Origin: Acidimicrobiales bacterium
GTDB taxonomy: Bacteria; Actinomycetota; Acidimicrobiia; Acidimicrobiales; VFJN01
Direction: 5' to 3'
NCBI GenBank assembly: GCA_036275535.1
Contig: DASUDP010000012.1
Location: 24,314-88,313, forward strand
DNA length: 64,000 nucleotides
Both the position numbers and the translations under genes were made by a program. Shown piece after piece: positions 18,834 through 28,519 of this stretch. The notes under the pieces are model-generated. The model was not told where the DNA came from and did not search any database. It was given only the letters and a program-made list of their open reading frames with translations. How positions within the stretch are numbered: the first letter of the stretch is position 1; each line of letters starts with the position of its first letter.

Positions 18834-20498
18834 TCAGGCCTCCATGACGACCGGCACGATCATCGGCTTGCGCTTGGTGCGGTCGTTGACGAAGCGGCCG
18901 GCGGCGCGCCGCACCGCCCGTTGCAGCGCGTCGATGTCCGGCTCGCCGGCCTCCGCGAAGAGCGCCTTCACGGCCTGGCGCACGGCGTCGGCGCACTCGT
19001 CGAGCAGGGCCTCCGCCTCCGGGGCGTAGACCCAGCCCCGGGTGATGATCTCGGGGCCCGTGAGGATGGCGCCGTCGTGGATGGCGACGGTGACCACCAC
19101 GACCACCACGCCCTCCTCGGCGAGGACCCGGCGGTCGCGCAGGACGCCCTGGCCGACGTCGCCGATGATGCCGTCGACGTAGAGGTAGCCGGCCGGCACG
19201 GTGCCGCTCTTGCGGATCCCCTCGTCGTCGATGGTGATCTGGTCGCCGTCCTCGCAGATGACCGTGCGGGACGCCGGCACGCCCATCGTCTGGGCCAGCT
19301 CGGCGTGGGCCACGAGGTGCCGGTACTCGCCGTGGACCGGGACGAACCACTGCGGCTCCACGACCGACAGGAGGGTCTTGATCTCCTCCTGCTTGGCGTG
19401 GCCGGTGGCATGGACGTCCTCCAGCCCGGAGTGGACGACCTTGGCGCCCAGGCGCACGAGGCCGTCGATCACCTTCGTGACGCTCATCTCGTTGCCCGGG
19501 ATCGGGTGCGACGACAGGATCACCGTGTCGTCCGGGCCGATCTTGATCCAGCGGTTCTCGCTGTTGGCCATGCGGGTGAGGGCCGACATCGGCTCGCCCT
19601 GGCTGCCCGTCGAGATGACGCAGACCTGGCCGTCGGGCAGGTCGTCGATGTCCTCGATGTCGACGATCGACGACTCGGGGATCTGCAGGAGGCCCATCTC
19701 CCGGGCCAGGCGCATGTTCTTCTTCATCGACAGCCCGAGCGTGGCCACCTTGCGGCCCTGGGCGATGGCAGCGTCGGCGATCTGCTGGACGCGGTGCACG
19801 TGGCTGGCGAAGCAGGCGATCACGATGCGCCGGCCCTCGTGCTGGTGGAAGAGGTCGTAGAGCACGCTGCCGACGCTCTTCTCCGAGCGGGAGTGGCCGT
19901 GGGAGTCGGCGTTGGTGGAGTCGCCGAGGAGCAGCCGGATCCCGGACTCGTAGGCGATGGCGCCCATACGGGTGAGGTCCGTGAGGCGCCCGTCGACGGG
20001 GGTGAGATCGAGCTTCCAGTCGCCTGTGTGCATCACCACGCCCTGCGGGGTGTGGAAGGCAGTGGCGAAGCCGTGGGGCACCGAGTGAGTGACGGGGATG
20101 AACTCGACGTCGAACGGACCGATCTTGCGGCGCTCGCCGTCGGTCACCGGGATGAGCTCGGTCCGGCCGAGCAGGCCGGCCTCCTCGATCCGGTTGCGGG
20201 CCAGGCCCAGCGTGAGGGCGGAGCCGTAGATCGGGAACGACAGCTCGCGGAGGAGGTAGCTGAGGCCCCCGACGTGGTCCTCGTGGCCGTGGGTGGCGAT
20301 GCAGCCGATGACGCGGTGGGCGTTGTCGCGCAGCCAGGTGAAGTCCGGGAGGATGAGGTCGATGCCGAGGTGCTCGAGCTCGGGGAACATCAGGCCGCAG
20401 TCGAGCAGGAGGAGCTGGTCCTCGCACTCGAAGACCATGCAGTTCCGGCCGATCTCGCCGAGGCCGCCGAGGAAGGTGATCGTGACGGGAGCGGCCAT
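18834..20498 (-). CDS. rnj: ribonuclease J
   Basis: Metallo-beta-lactamase/beta-CASP protein (HGHEDHVGG). I prefer ATG at 20496-20498 (MAAPVTITFLGGLGEIGRNC). The track's start at 20504 is a TTG two codons upstream. Confidence 0.93.
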   Translation of the reverse strand: MAAPVTITFLGGLGEIGRNCMVFECEDQLLLLDCGLMFPELEHLGIDLILPDFTWLRDNAHRVIGCIATHGHEDHVGGLSYLLRELSFPIYGSALTLGLARNRIEEAGLLGRTELIPVTDGERRKIGPFDVEFIPVTHSVPHGFATAFHTPQGVVMHTGDWKLDLTPVDGRLTDLTRMGAIAYESGIRLLLGDSTNADSHGHSRSEKSVGSVLYDLFHQHEGRRIVIACFASHVHRVQQIADAAIAQGRKVATLGLSMKKNMRLAREMGLLQIPESSIVDIEDIDDLPDGQVCVISTGSQGEPMSALTRMANSENRWIKIGPDDTVILSSHPIPGNEMSVTKVIDGLVRLGAKVVHSGLEDVHATGHAKQEEIKTLLSVVEPQWFVPVHGEYRHLVAHAELAQTMGVPASRTVICEDGDQITIDDEGIRKSGTVPAGYLYVDGIIGDVGQGVLRDRRVLAEEGVVVVVVTVAIHDGAILTGPEIITRGWVYAPEAEALLDECADAVRQAVKALFAEAGEPDIDALQRAVRRAAGRFVNDRTKRKPMIVPVVMEA

Positions 20499-20500
20499 GG

Positions 20501-21397
20501 TCAACGGGTGGCGCCGAGGCGATCGAGCATGGCCCGGGCCTCGGCCTCGAGCTCGGCCGGCTCAGGGCCGAGCGGCGGCCGAACGGGGCCGCCCGGGAGG
20601 CCGAGCACCCGGAGGGCCACCTTGACGGCCAGCGCGTACTGGGCGGTCTCGCGGCTCTCGTACCAGTAGGACTCGAACAGCGAGGCGTTGATCTCCTGGG
20701 CTCGGGCGTGGTCGCCCTTGGCGAAGGCGTCGACGAGGGCGCGCATGGCCTCGCCGCACCAGTGGGTGGACGTGCCGATCACGCCGACGCCCCCCACCGC
20801 CAGCAGCGGGAGGGTCATCGCGTCGTCGCCGCTGTAGACGTCGAAGCCATCGGGGGCCTCGGCGATGACCCGGGCCGTCTCCCCGGGGTTGCCCGCCGCG
20901 TCCTTGAGGCCGACGATCGTGGGCACCTCGTTGGCGAGGCGGATCAGCAGGTCGGTCTCGATCTTGCGGCCCGTGCGGCCGGGGATGTCGTAGACCACCA
21001 TCGGGCGGTCGGTGGCCGCCGCGACGCTACGGAAGTGGGCCTCGAGGCCAGCCTGGGATGGCCGGTTGTAGTACGGCGTGACGACGAGCAGGCCGTCCAT
21101 GCCCGCCTCGGCCGCCTTCTCGCTCATCATGCAGGCGTGGCGGGTCTCGTTGCTGCCGGTCCCGGCGACGAGCGGCACGTCGACCGCCGCCCGCACCACC
21201 TCCCAGAGCTGCACCTGCTCGTCGTCGCTCAACGTCGGGGCCTCACCGGTCGTGCCGGAGACGACGAGGCCGTCGTTGCCGTGGGCCACCAGCCAACGGG
21301 CCAGCTCGGCGGCGCCGTCGGGGTCGAAGCCGCCGTCGGCGTCGAACGGGGTGACCATCGCCGTCAGGACGCGACCGAAGCGGGCGGCGCCGCTCAC
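20501..21397 (-). CDS. dapA: 4-hydroxy-tetrahydrodipicolinate synthase
   Basis: ORF 20501..21463 trimmed to GTG 21395-21397 (VSGAARFGRVLTAMVTPFD...). SGTTGEAPTL and GLKDAAG (Schiff-base Lys) motifs. The GTG overlaps the stop of the upstream ORF. Confidence 0.93.
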   Translation of the reverse strand: MSGAARFGRVLTAMVTPFDADGGFDPDGAAELARWLVAHGNDGLVVSGTTGEAPTLSDDEQVQLWEVVRAAVDVPLVAGTGSNETRHACMMSEKAAEAGMDGLLVVTPYYNRPSQAGLEAHFRSVAAATDRPMVVYDIPGRTGRKIETDLLIRLANEVPTIVGLKDAAGNPGETARVIAEAPDGFDVYSGDDAMTLPLLAVGGVGVIGTSTHWCGEAMRALVDAFAKGDHARAQEINASLFESYWYESRETAQYALAVKVALRVLGLPGGPVRPPLGPEPAELEAEARAMLDRLGATR

Positions 21398-22029
21398 AGC
21401 ACCTCCTCCTGGCCGCGCTCGATGCCGAGCGTGGCCAGGAGGTCCTCGTGGAGCTCGAACCATATGGTGTGGTAGCTGGGGATCATCGGTTTGGTGAACC
21501 AGTCGTTGTCGCCGCCACGGAGGCGGTCGAGGGCGTGGGCGAGGCGGGGGCCATAGCGGCGGTAGCGCTCGAGGGAATCGGTGAGCTCCTCGCAGACCGG
21601 CTGGATGCCGGCATCGATGTCGCCGAGGCGGGCGATGACGGCGGCGTCGTAGTCGGCGTCGGAGTGGTCGTTGATGACGGCGTCGTCACCGTCGCCGCGC
21701 AGCTGCCAGGCGGTGCAGACGTCGAGCAGGTCCCCGTTGCGGGTCAGGAAGCGTCGGTAGGCGGCGGCGACGGCCTCCCGGACCCCGTGTCGGTCGAGCT
21801 CGTCGCTGAGCAGCTGCGCGTGCTCGGCCCGACCGGCGGGGGTGAGGGTGAAGCCCGACATCCGGCCCTCCCGGTACGACGCCAGCTCCTGAGCGGCGAG
21901 GTCGGCGAGGAGCGACTTGGCCTCCACCTCGTCGACGCCGACCACCTCGGCCACCGCCGGCGCCTCGGCGAACCCCTTCAGGCGCAGGCCGTGCAGGACC
22001 AGGGTCCGAGGGTCCGAAGGGGCAGGCAT
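21394..22029 (-). CDS. conserved-looking hypothetical protein (family not recognised)
   Basis: 211-aa ORF with an ATG start 12 nt after the SURF1 stop. Its stop overlaps the dapA GTG. It is wedged in frame-tight operon context, and I recognise no catalytic motif. Confidence 0.7.
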   Translation of the reverse strand: MPAPSDPRTLVLHGLRLKGFAEAPAVAEVVGVDEVEAKSLLADLAAQELASYREGRMSGFTLTPAGRAEHAQLLSDELDRHGVREAVAAAYRRFLTRNGDLLDVCTAWQLRGDGDDAVINDHSDADYDAAVIARLGDIDAGIQPVCEELTDSLERYRRYGPRLAHALDRLRGGDNDWFTKPMIPSYHTIWFELHEDLLATLGIERGQEEVL

Positions 22030-22041
22030 CGCCCCGGGACC

Positions 22042-22881
22042 CTACTCGCCCACCCCCTCGAGCCGACCAGCGACATCCGGCTTCGCCGGGGCCCGCCGGG
22101 CCTCCTCCTTGGCCATCTTGCGCAACAGCAGGAGGTAGCCGCCGCCGGCGATGGTGGTGAAGATGAACCACTGCACGGCGTAGCCGAGGTGGGGGCCCTC
22201 ATCGAGCTCGGGCGGGTCGAGCGGCACCAGCGTGGCGGCGTCCCCGGCCGCCGCGTTGCCGCCGACAGCAGCCGGCTCGGGCGGATCGCTCTCCCCGAGC
22301 TGCACGTAGGCGGGCAGGACCTCGTAGTGCACCTGGGCGGCGAGGCGCTCGAGGTCCACGCGGGCCAGCACGGCCAGCTTGCCCTCCCCGGGGTCGGTGG
22401 CCCCGAAGCTGCCGCGATGCTGGCTGGGCAGCACGAGCCCGGTGACCGACACCTGGCCCGCGGGTGGGTCGGGAGGCACGATGTCGCCCTCGACGTCGTA
22501 GCCGATGAACCCCCGGTTCACGAGCACGGCCCGGCCGTCGTCGAGCACCAGCGGCGTGAGCACCCAGGCCCCCGACGCACCGTTGAGGCTGCGGTTCTCC
22601 ACCACGAAGGTGTCGTCGACGGCGTAGCGCCCCGTGGCGGTGACGCGGCGGTACAGCACCGCGTCCACCTCGTCGCTGCCGACCTCGGCCGACGCCGGCA
22701 CGACGTCCTCCACCGGTTCGGCCGGCTCGACCTGCCGGGCCTCGACGAGGGCGTTGTGGTCGCGCTTCTCGTCGAGGCGGCGGAGCTGCCAGAAGCCGAG
22801 CTGCACCATGGTCACGACGAGCAGCGCCACGAGGATGTGGCGCACGATCCACTTCAGCGTCCGGGCGAACCGCCAGCTCAC
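22042..22881 (-). CDS. SURF1-family cytochrome oxidase assembly protein
   Basis: 279 aa. N-terminal TM followed by FWQLRRLDEK and a C-terminal TM (HLGYAVQWFIFT), the SURF1 hallmarks. Confidence 0.85.
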   Translation of the reverse strand: MSWRFARTLKWIVRHILVALLVVTMVQLGFWQLRRLDEKRDHNALVEARQVEPAEPVEDVVPASAEVGSDEVDAVLYRRVTATGRYAVDDTFVVENRSLNGASGAWVLTPLVLDDGRAVLVNRGFIGYDVEGDIVPPDPPAGQVSVTGLVLPSQHRGSFGATDPGEGKLAVLARVDLERLAAQVHYEVLPAYVQLGESDPPEPAAVGGNAAAGDAATLVPLDPPELDEGPHLGYAVQWFIFTTIAGGGYLLLLRKMAKEEARRAPAKPDVAGRLEGVGE

Positions 22882-23030
22882 CCGGCCGAGGCTACGGGTC
22901 GGCCTGCCCGCACGACGAACCGCCGGCCCTCGTCGGGGCTGCAGAACATGTACTGGGTGAGCGGGTCGTTCACCAGTTCCCTCTCACCCTACTTGAACCT
23001 GGTTCTCAGCCCGACGCCCACCGGGTCAGG

Positions 23031-24665
<1,635 letters not shown>

Positions 24666-24678
24666 GGCGAGATCCCTC

Positions 24679-24717
24679 TCGGTCGGCGTCGGTCGGCGTC
24701 GGTCGGCGTCGGTCGGC
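24679..24717. repeat. perfect tandem repeat, 10-bp unit GGTCGGCGTC x about 3.9
   Basis: Read directly: tc ggtcggcgtc ggtcggcgtc ggtcggcgtc ggtcggc. It starts 14 nt upstream of the acyl-CoA ligase ATG, in the divergent intergenic region. Confidence 0.9.
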
Positions 24718-24744
24718 ACAATAGAAGATGCCAGACTCGCCGTC

Positions 24745-25509
24745 GTGGCCGCCGAACCCGAGCCCCCTGTCGACGCCGCCACCAGCCCGCCGGGCGGCCA
24801 CCCCCCGCCGCTCGACGCGCCGCCTCGCCACCCGCTCGGGCGCCGCCGGCTGGCCTTCCTGGTCGGCCCGATCATCGCGCTCGTCATCGCCTCCAACGTC
24901 GGCGACGCCCTCGCCACCACGCTGGCCACCACCCACCCCCTCACGCTCGTCGCCCTCAACGCCCGCAACCGCAACCTGGTGCTGGTCACGAACGAGCTCG
25001 ACGCCCTCAGCTACTACGGGATGGCCACGCTGCGCCTCATGCTGAGCGACCCGCTCTTCTTCCTGGTGGGCTACTGGTACGGCGAAGCGGCCGTGACCTG
25101 GATGGAGAAGCGCACGCGCACCTGGGGGTCCACGATGCGCCAGGTCGAGCGCTGGTTCGGGCGGGCCGCCTACCCGCTCGTCTTCATCGCCCCCAACAAC
25201 CTCATCTGCCTGATGGCGGGCGCGGCGGGCATGAGCGTGGGGGGCTTCTTCGCCGTCAACCTGGCCGGCACCCTCGTGCGGCTGTTCCTGATCCGGCGGG
25301 TCGGTGAGGCCTTCGAGGCCCCGATCGACGACCTGCTCGGCTTCCTGGCCGACTACCGGGTGCCGCTGCTCATCCTCTCCGTCGTGCTGGTGGGGGCCAC
25401 CACGCTGTTCGAGATGCGCCGGGGCGAGGGCGAGATCGAAGCCGTCCTCCACCTTGACGACGACCTCGAACCGGAGCCCGACCCGCCAGAGGACCCGGTC
25501 GGCGGCTGA
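24745..25509 (+). CDS. VTT/DedA-like integral membrane protein (start uncertain)
   Basis: The C-terminal 250 aa of ORF 24634..25509 are hydrophobic with DedA/TVP38-like segments (LSDPLFFLVGYWYG, FIAPNNLICLMAGAAGM). The first in-frame GTG clear of the divergent gene is at 24745. Confidence 0.6.
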   Translation: MAAEPEPPVDAATSPPGGHPPPLDAPPRHPLGRRRLAFLVGPIIALVIASNVGDALATTLATTHPLTLVALNARNRNLVLVTNELDALSYYGMATLRLMLSDPLFFLVGYWYGEAAVTWMEKRTRTWGSTMRQVERWFGRAAYPLVFIAPNNLICLMAGAAGMSVGGFFAVNLAGTLVRLFLIRRVGEAFEAPIDDLLGFLADYRVPLLILSVVLVGATTLFEMRRGEGEIEAVLHLDDDLEPEPDPPEDPVGG

Positions 25510-25515
25510 GCGAGG

Positions 25516-26094
25516 TCAGGCCCGGGCTCGGTCGCAGCGGTGCAGGAGCCCGGTCTCGTCGAGCAACCAGGCGTCGGGGAAGGCCAGGCTGCTCCAGAAG
25601 TGCTCGGCGTCGAAGCCGCCCCCCAGGCGGGCGTCGAGGTGGACGGCCAGCGCGAGGCCGTGGGACACGATCACCAGCGGGCCGTCAGTGCCGGCGGCGG
25701 CGTCGGCCAGCGCCTCAGCCATGCGGCGGGCGACGTCGACGTGGGGCTCCCAGCCGGGGGGCAGCTCGCGGCGCAGGTACCGATGCACGACGGCGCGGTA
25801 GCCGGGCCCGATCCAGGGGCGGACCGCCTCCCGCAGCCGGGGATCGGCGACGACCTCGGCCGACCAGGCCGCCCCGATCTCCTCGGCGGTGGCGACGGCC
25901 TTGGGCTCCGTGCTGGTGACGAGGGCGCCGATGCGGGCCTCGGCGCCCTCGACCCCGGCCGGACCGACCTCGAGCCGCTGGGCCAGCCGCTGGGCGCTGC
26001 GCCGGCCCTCCGCATCGAGCCTCCAGCTCGTCGGGTGCACCCCCTCCTCCGGGGCGGCCATGGCGTGGCGCACGTAGATGACCGGTCGGGGCAC
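25516..26094 (-). CDS. histidine phosphatase (phosphoglycerate-mutase-like) family protein
   Basis: Only the C-terminal about 190 aa of ORF 25516..26985 look real. VIYVRHA (RHG-type motif) near the N-terminus and VSHG later. GTG at 26092-26094 is a provisional start. Confidence 0.75.
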   Translation of the reverse strand: MPRPVIYVRHAMAAPEEGVHPTSWRLDAEGRRSAQRLAQRLEVGPAGVEGAEARIGALVTSTEPKAVATAEEIGAAWSAEVVADPRLREAVRPWIGPGYRAVVHRYLRRELPPGWEPHVDVARRMAEALADAAAGTDGPLVIVSHGLALAVHLDARLGGGFDAEHFWSSLAFPDAWLLDETGLLHRCDRARA

Positions 26095-26184
26095 CTCCTC
26101 GACCGTAGCCAACGGCGCGCCGTCGGCGGCGGCGCCTCCAGGGTGGGCCCCCGGCTCGACCCGCCTCGGTACGCTCGCAGGACC

Positions 26185-26955
26185 ATGGTCCCCCCCCGCT
26201 CCCTCTTCACCGGCGTCGGTGTCGCCCTCGTCACGCTCTTCGACGAAGGCGGCGAGATCGACGCCCCGGCCACCGCCGACCACGCCGCCCGCCTCGTCGA
26301 TGCGGGTGTTGCCGCTGTCCTCGTTGCCGGCTCGACCGGCGAGGCGGCCGCCCTCGACGCCGACGAGCGCAGCGACCTCCTGATCGCCGTCGCTTCGGCG
26401 GTCGACGGCCGCGTGCCCGTCCTCGCCGGCACCGGCGCCGCCTCCGCCCGCCAGGCTGTCGAGCTCTCCACGCGAGCGGAGGCCGACGGCGCCGATGCGC
26501 TGCTCGTCCTCTCCCCGCCCGCCGTGGCCGACCCCCGCCCCTACTACGCCCGGGTGACCGACGCCGTCGAGGTGCCGGTCTTCGCCTACCACTACCCCAA
26601 CGCGTCGCGCCCCGGGGTCCCCGTCGACGTGCTGCGGGAGCTCCCGGTGGCGGGCATCAAGGACTCCTCCGGTGACGCCGAGCGGCTCATCCTGGAGGCG
26701 GACGAGCTCTCGGCGGGCCTCTACACGGGCCACCCGGCGCTCATCACCCTGGCCGGGGCCATCGGGTGTGCCGGCGCCATCGTGGCCCTCGCCAACGTGG
26801 ACCCCGAGGGCTGCGCCCGCGCCTGGGCCGGCGACGGCGCCTGCCAGCGCGAGCTCATCAACGGCCACCGGGCCCAGGCCCTGGCCGGCATCGCCGGCCT
26901 CAAGCGCACTCTCTGCGCCCTCCACGGCACCAGCCCCGTCTCCCGCCTCGGCTGA
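26185..26955 (+). CDS. DapA/N-acetylneuraminate-lyase-family class I aldolase (paralog, specificity unknown)
   Basis: ORF 25540..26955 trimmed to ATG 26185. GVGVALVTLFDEGGEID, AGSTGEAAAL and GIKDSSGD (candidate Schiff-base Lys). At 256 aa it is shorter than canonical DapA. Confidence 0.8.
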   Translation: MVPPRSLFTGVGVALVTLFDEGGEIDAPATADHAARLVDAGVAAVLVAGSTGEAAALDADERSDLLIAVASAVDGRVPVLAGTGAASARQAVELSTRAEADGADALLVLSPPAVADPRPYYARVTDAVEVPVFAYHYPNASRPGVPVDVLRELPVAGIKDSSGDAERLILEADELSAGLYTGHPALITLAGAIGCAGAIVALANVDPEGCARAWAGDGACQRELINGHRAQALAGIAGLKRTLCALHGTSPVSRLG

Positions 26956-27062
26956 GCCTCCACCCCCGCGCCCCGCCCCCACCACCCCACCACGGCACGA
27001 ACCCGCGGCTGTTCTTGCTCGGAAACCGCAACGAATGACCGCTGGTTGGAGGGGGTGGCGGG

Positions 27063-27857
27063 TTAGAGGTCGAGGAGGGTGTCGAGGCCGATGGTGAGGC
27101 CCGGGCGGTCGGCCACCTGCTTCACGGCGAGGAGGACGCCCGGCATGAAGCTCGACCGGTCGTAGCTGTCGTGGCGGATGCTGAGGGTCTGGCCGGTGGT
27201 CCCGAGGAGGACCTCCTGGTGGGCCACCATCCCGCGGAGCCGCACCGAGTGGACCCGTATGTCAGCCGGGCCCTTGGCGCCCCGGGCGCCGGGGAGGACC
27301 TCGGTGGTGGTGGGGTCGGCGCCCCACTGCGCCGAGGCCGCCGCCATGCGCTCGAGCGTGAGCATCGCGGTGCCCGACGGGGCGTCGACCTTCTGGTCGT
27401 GGTGGAGCTCGATGATCTCCGCCGTCTCGAAGTAGGGGGCGGCGCGCTCGGCGAAGTGCATCATCAAGACGGCGCCGATGGCGAAGTTCGGGGCGATGAA
27501 GCAGCTGCTCCGGGTGAACGCGGCGCGGAACCCCTCGAGGTCGACGTCGGTGAAGCCGGTGGTGCCCACGACGGCATGGATGCCGTGCTCGGCGGCGAAG
27601 GCCAGGGTGCGGCGCGACACGTCGAGGACCGTGAAGTCGACGACCACCTGGGCGTCGGCTTGGACGAGAGCGTCCAGGTCGGCGGTCACATGCAGGTCGC
27701 TGTCGACCTTGGCCACCGACCGGAGGTCGAGCCCCGAGTGCTGCGGGTCGACGGCGGCCACCAGCTCGAGGGCGTCGTCGGCGGTCACCGCCTGGCACAC
27801 GGTGCTGCCCATGCGGCCGGCGGCGCCCACGACGCCGACGCGGATCGGTGCGCTCAC
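27063..27857 (-). CDS. dapB: 4-hydroxy-tetrahydrodipicolinate reductase
   Basis: 264 aa. IRVGVVGAAGRMG Rossmann N-terminus and ELHHDQKVDAPSGTA signature. GTG start overlaps the upstream stop (GTGA). Confidence 0.95.
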   Translation of the reverse strand: MSAPIRVGVVGAAGRMGSTVCQAVTADDALELVAAVDPQHSGLDLRSVAKVDSDLHVTADLDALVQADAQVVVDFTVLDVSRRTLAFAAEHGIHAVVGTTGFTDVDLEGFRAAFTRSSCFIAPNFAIGAVLMMHFAERAAPYFETAEIIELHHDQKVDAPSGTAMLTLERMAAASAQWGADPTTTEVLPGARGAKGPADIRVHSVRLRGMVAHQEVLLGTTGQTLSIRHDSYDRSSFMPGVLLAVKQVADRPGLTIGLDTLLDL

Positions 27858-28441
27858 GACGGCGGAGGGGGCGGCGGGGGCGTGTCACCCGCCGGCGGCG
27901 GAGGCGGCGTCGGGTCCCCGGGCGGCGGCACAGGCGGCGCCGGCGGGATCGGGCTGGGAGGGACCGGGGGCGCGGGCGGGACCGGCGACGGGCCCGGCGG
28001 AGCGGGCGGCGGCGGCACCGGGGCCGGCGGAGGCGGAGGCGTGGGAGCTGGCGGGGCGGGCGGCTCCGGGGGCGCGGGCGGGGCCGGCGGCTCCGGGGGC
28101 GCGGGCGGAGGCGGAGGGGACGGCGGCTCCGGGGGCGCGGGCGGGGCGGGGGGCTCCGGACTCGGCGGAGGGGGCGGGGCCGGCGATGGCGGCGCGGCGG
28201 CCTCCTCCTTGCTGCCCCCGAGCTCGCCGTGCTCGGCTTCGTGGGCCGCCAGCTCGCCGAGCACGCGGGCGATGTTGGCGTCGGCATCGGCGTAGCCGCC
28301 CTTGTGCTTGGCGTAGGTCCAGGCGCCCAGCTCGCGCAGGAGGCCGTCGGCCTTGCGCTTGGCCGACATGTCGGCGACGCCCTCCTGCGCAGCCTTCGTG
28401 GCCTCGCTGAGCGTCTCCTTGGCCTTGTCGAGGAACCCCAT
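27854..28441 (-). CDS. hypothetical protein: about 75-aa helical N-domain plus about 120-aa polyproline (PPAPP/PEPP) tail
   Basis: ORF 27854..28501 trimmed to ATG 28439-28441, preceded by GAAGGAGA with a 6-nt spacer. Its stop overlaps the dapB start. The opposite-strand Gly-rich ORFs are mirrors. Confidence 0.7.
   Translation of the reverse strand: MGFLDKAKETLSEATKAAQEGVADMSAKRKADGLLRELGAWTYAKHKGGYADADANIARVLGELAAHEAEHGELGGSKEEAAAPPSPAPPPPPSPEPPAPPAPPEPPSPPPPPAPPEPPAPPAPPEPPAPPAPTPPPPPAPVPPPPAPPGPSPVPPAPPVPPSPIPPAPPVPPPGDPTPPPPPAGDTPPPPPPPS
28059..28144. repeat. imperfect tandem coding repeat (23-nt core ggcggctccgggggcgcgggcgg at 28059, 28086, 28122)
   Basis: Read directly. Spacings are 27 and 36 nt, both multiples of 3. 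On the minus strand it encodes PPAPPAPPEPP-type units. Confidence 0.7.
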
Positions 28442-28519
28442 GGCCTGTCTCCTTCGCGCCGGTACCGGACCGCCGGAGCCTACTGAGCCCGGTCGATCCA
28501 CTACGTCGCGCCGGAACGG

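Noticed and set aside
22921-23030. A lower-GC spacer between the acyl-CoA ligase stop and the SURF1 start. It contains the palindrome GAACCtGGTTC (22995-23005), the near-palindrome GAACATGTAC, and GGTGA...TCACC.
   Set aside because: The palindromes are short (5 bp arms), and one has a 1-nt centre, so it cannot form a hairpin. None resembles an operator I can name. This is probably just the SURF1 promoter region, and I cannot support a specific call.
26956-27062. A C-rich/G-rich spacer between the convergent dapA-paralog and dapB, considered as a possible bidirectional terminator.
   Set aside because: The apparent inverted repeat (CCTCCACCCCC versus GGAGGGGGTGG) is not actually complementary when aligned. 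Only 4-bp stems can be drawn.
27171-28295. Glycine-rich plus-strand ORFs (GGAGGSGGAGGAGG...) opposite dapB and the proline-rich ORF. They could be read as a PE/PGRS-like or glycine-rich secreted protein.
   Set aside because: They are the antisense image of CCN proline codons. They have no Shine-Dalgarno or sensible N-terminus and run antisense through dapB. The minus-strand ORF has a strong ribosome-binding site, a structured N-domain and operon coupling.
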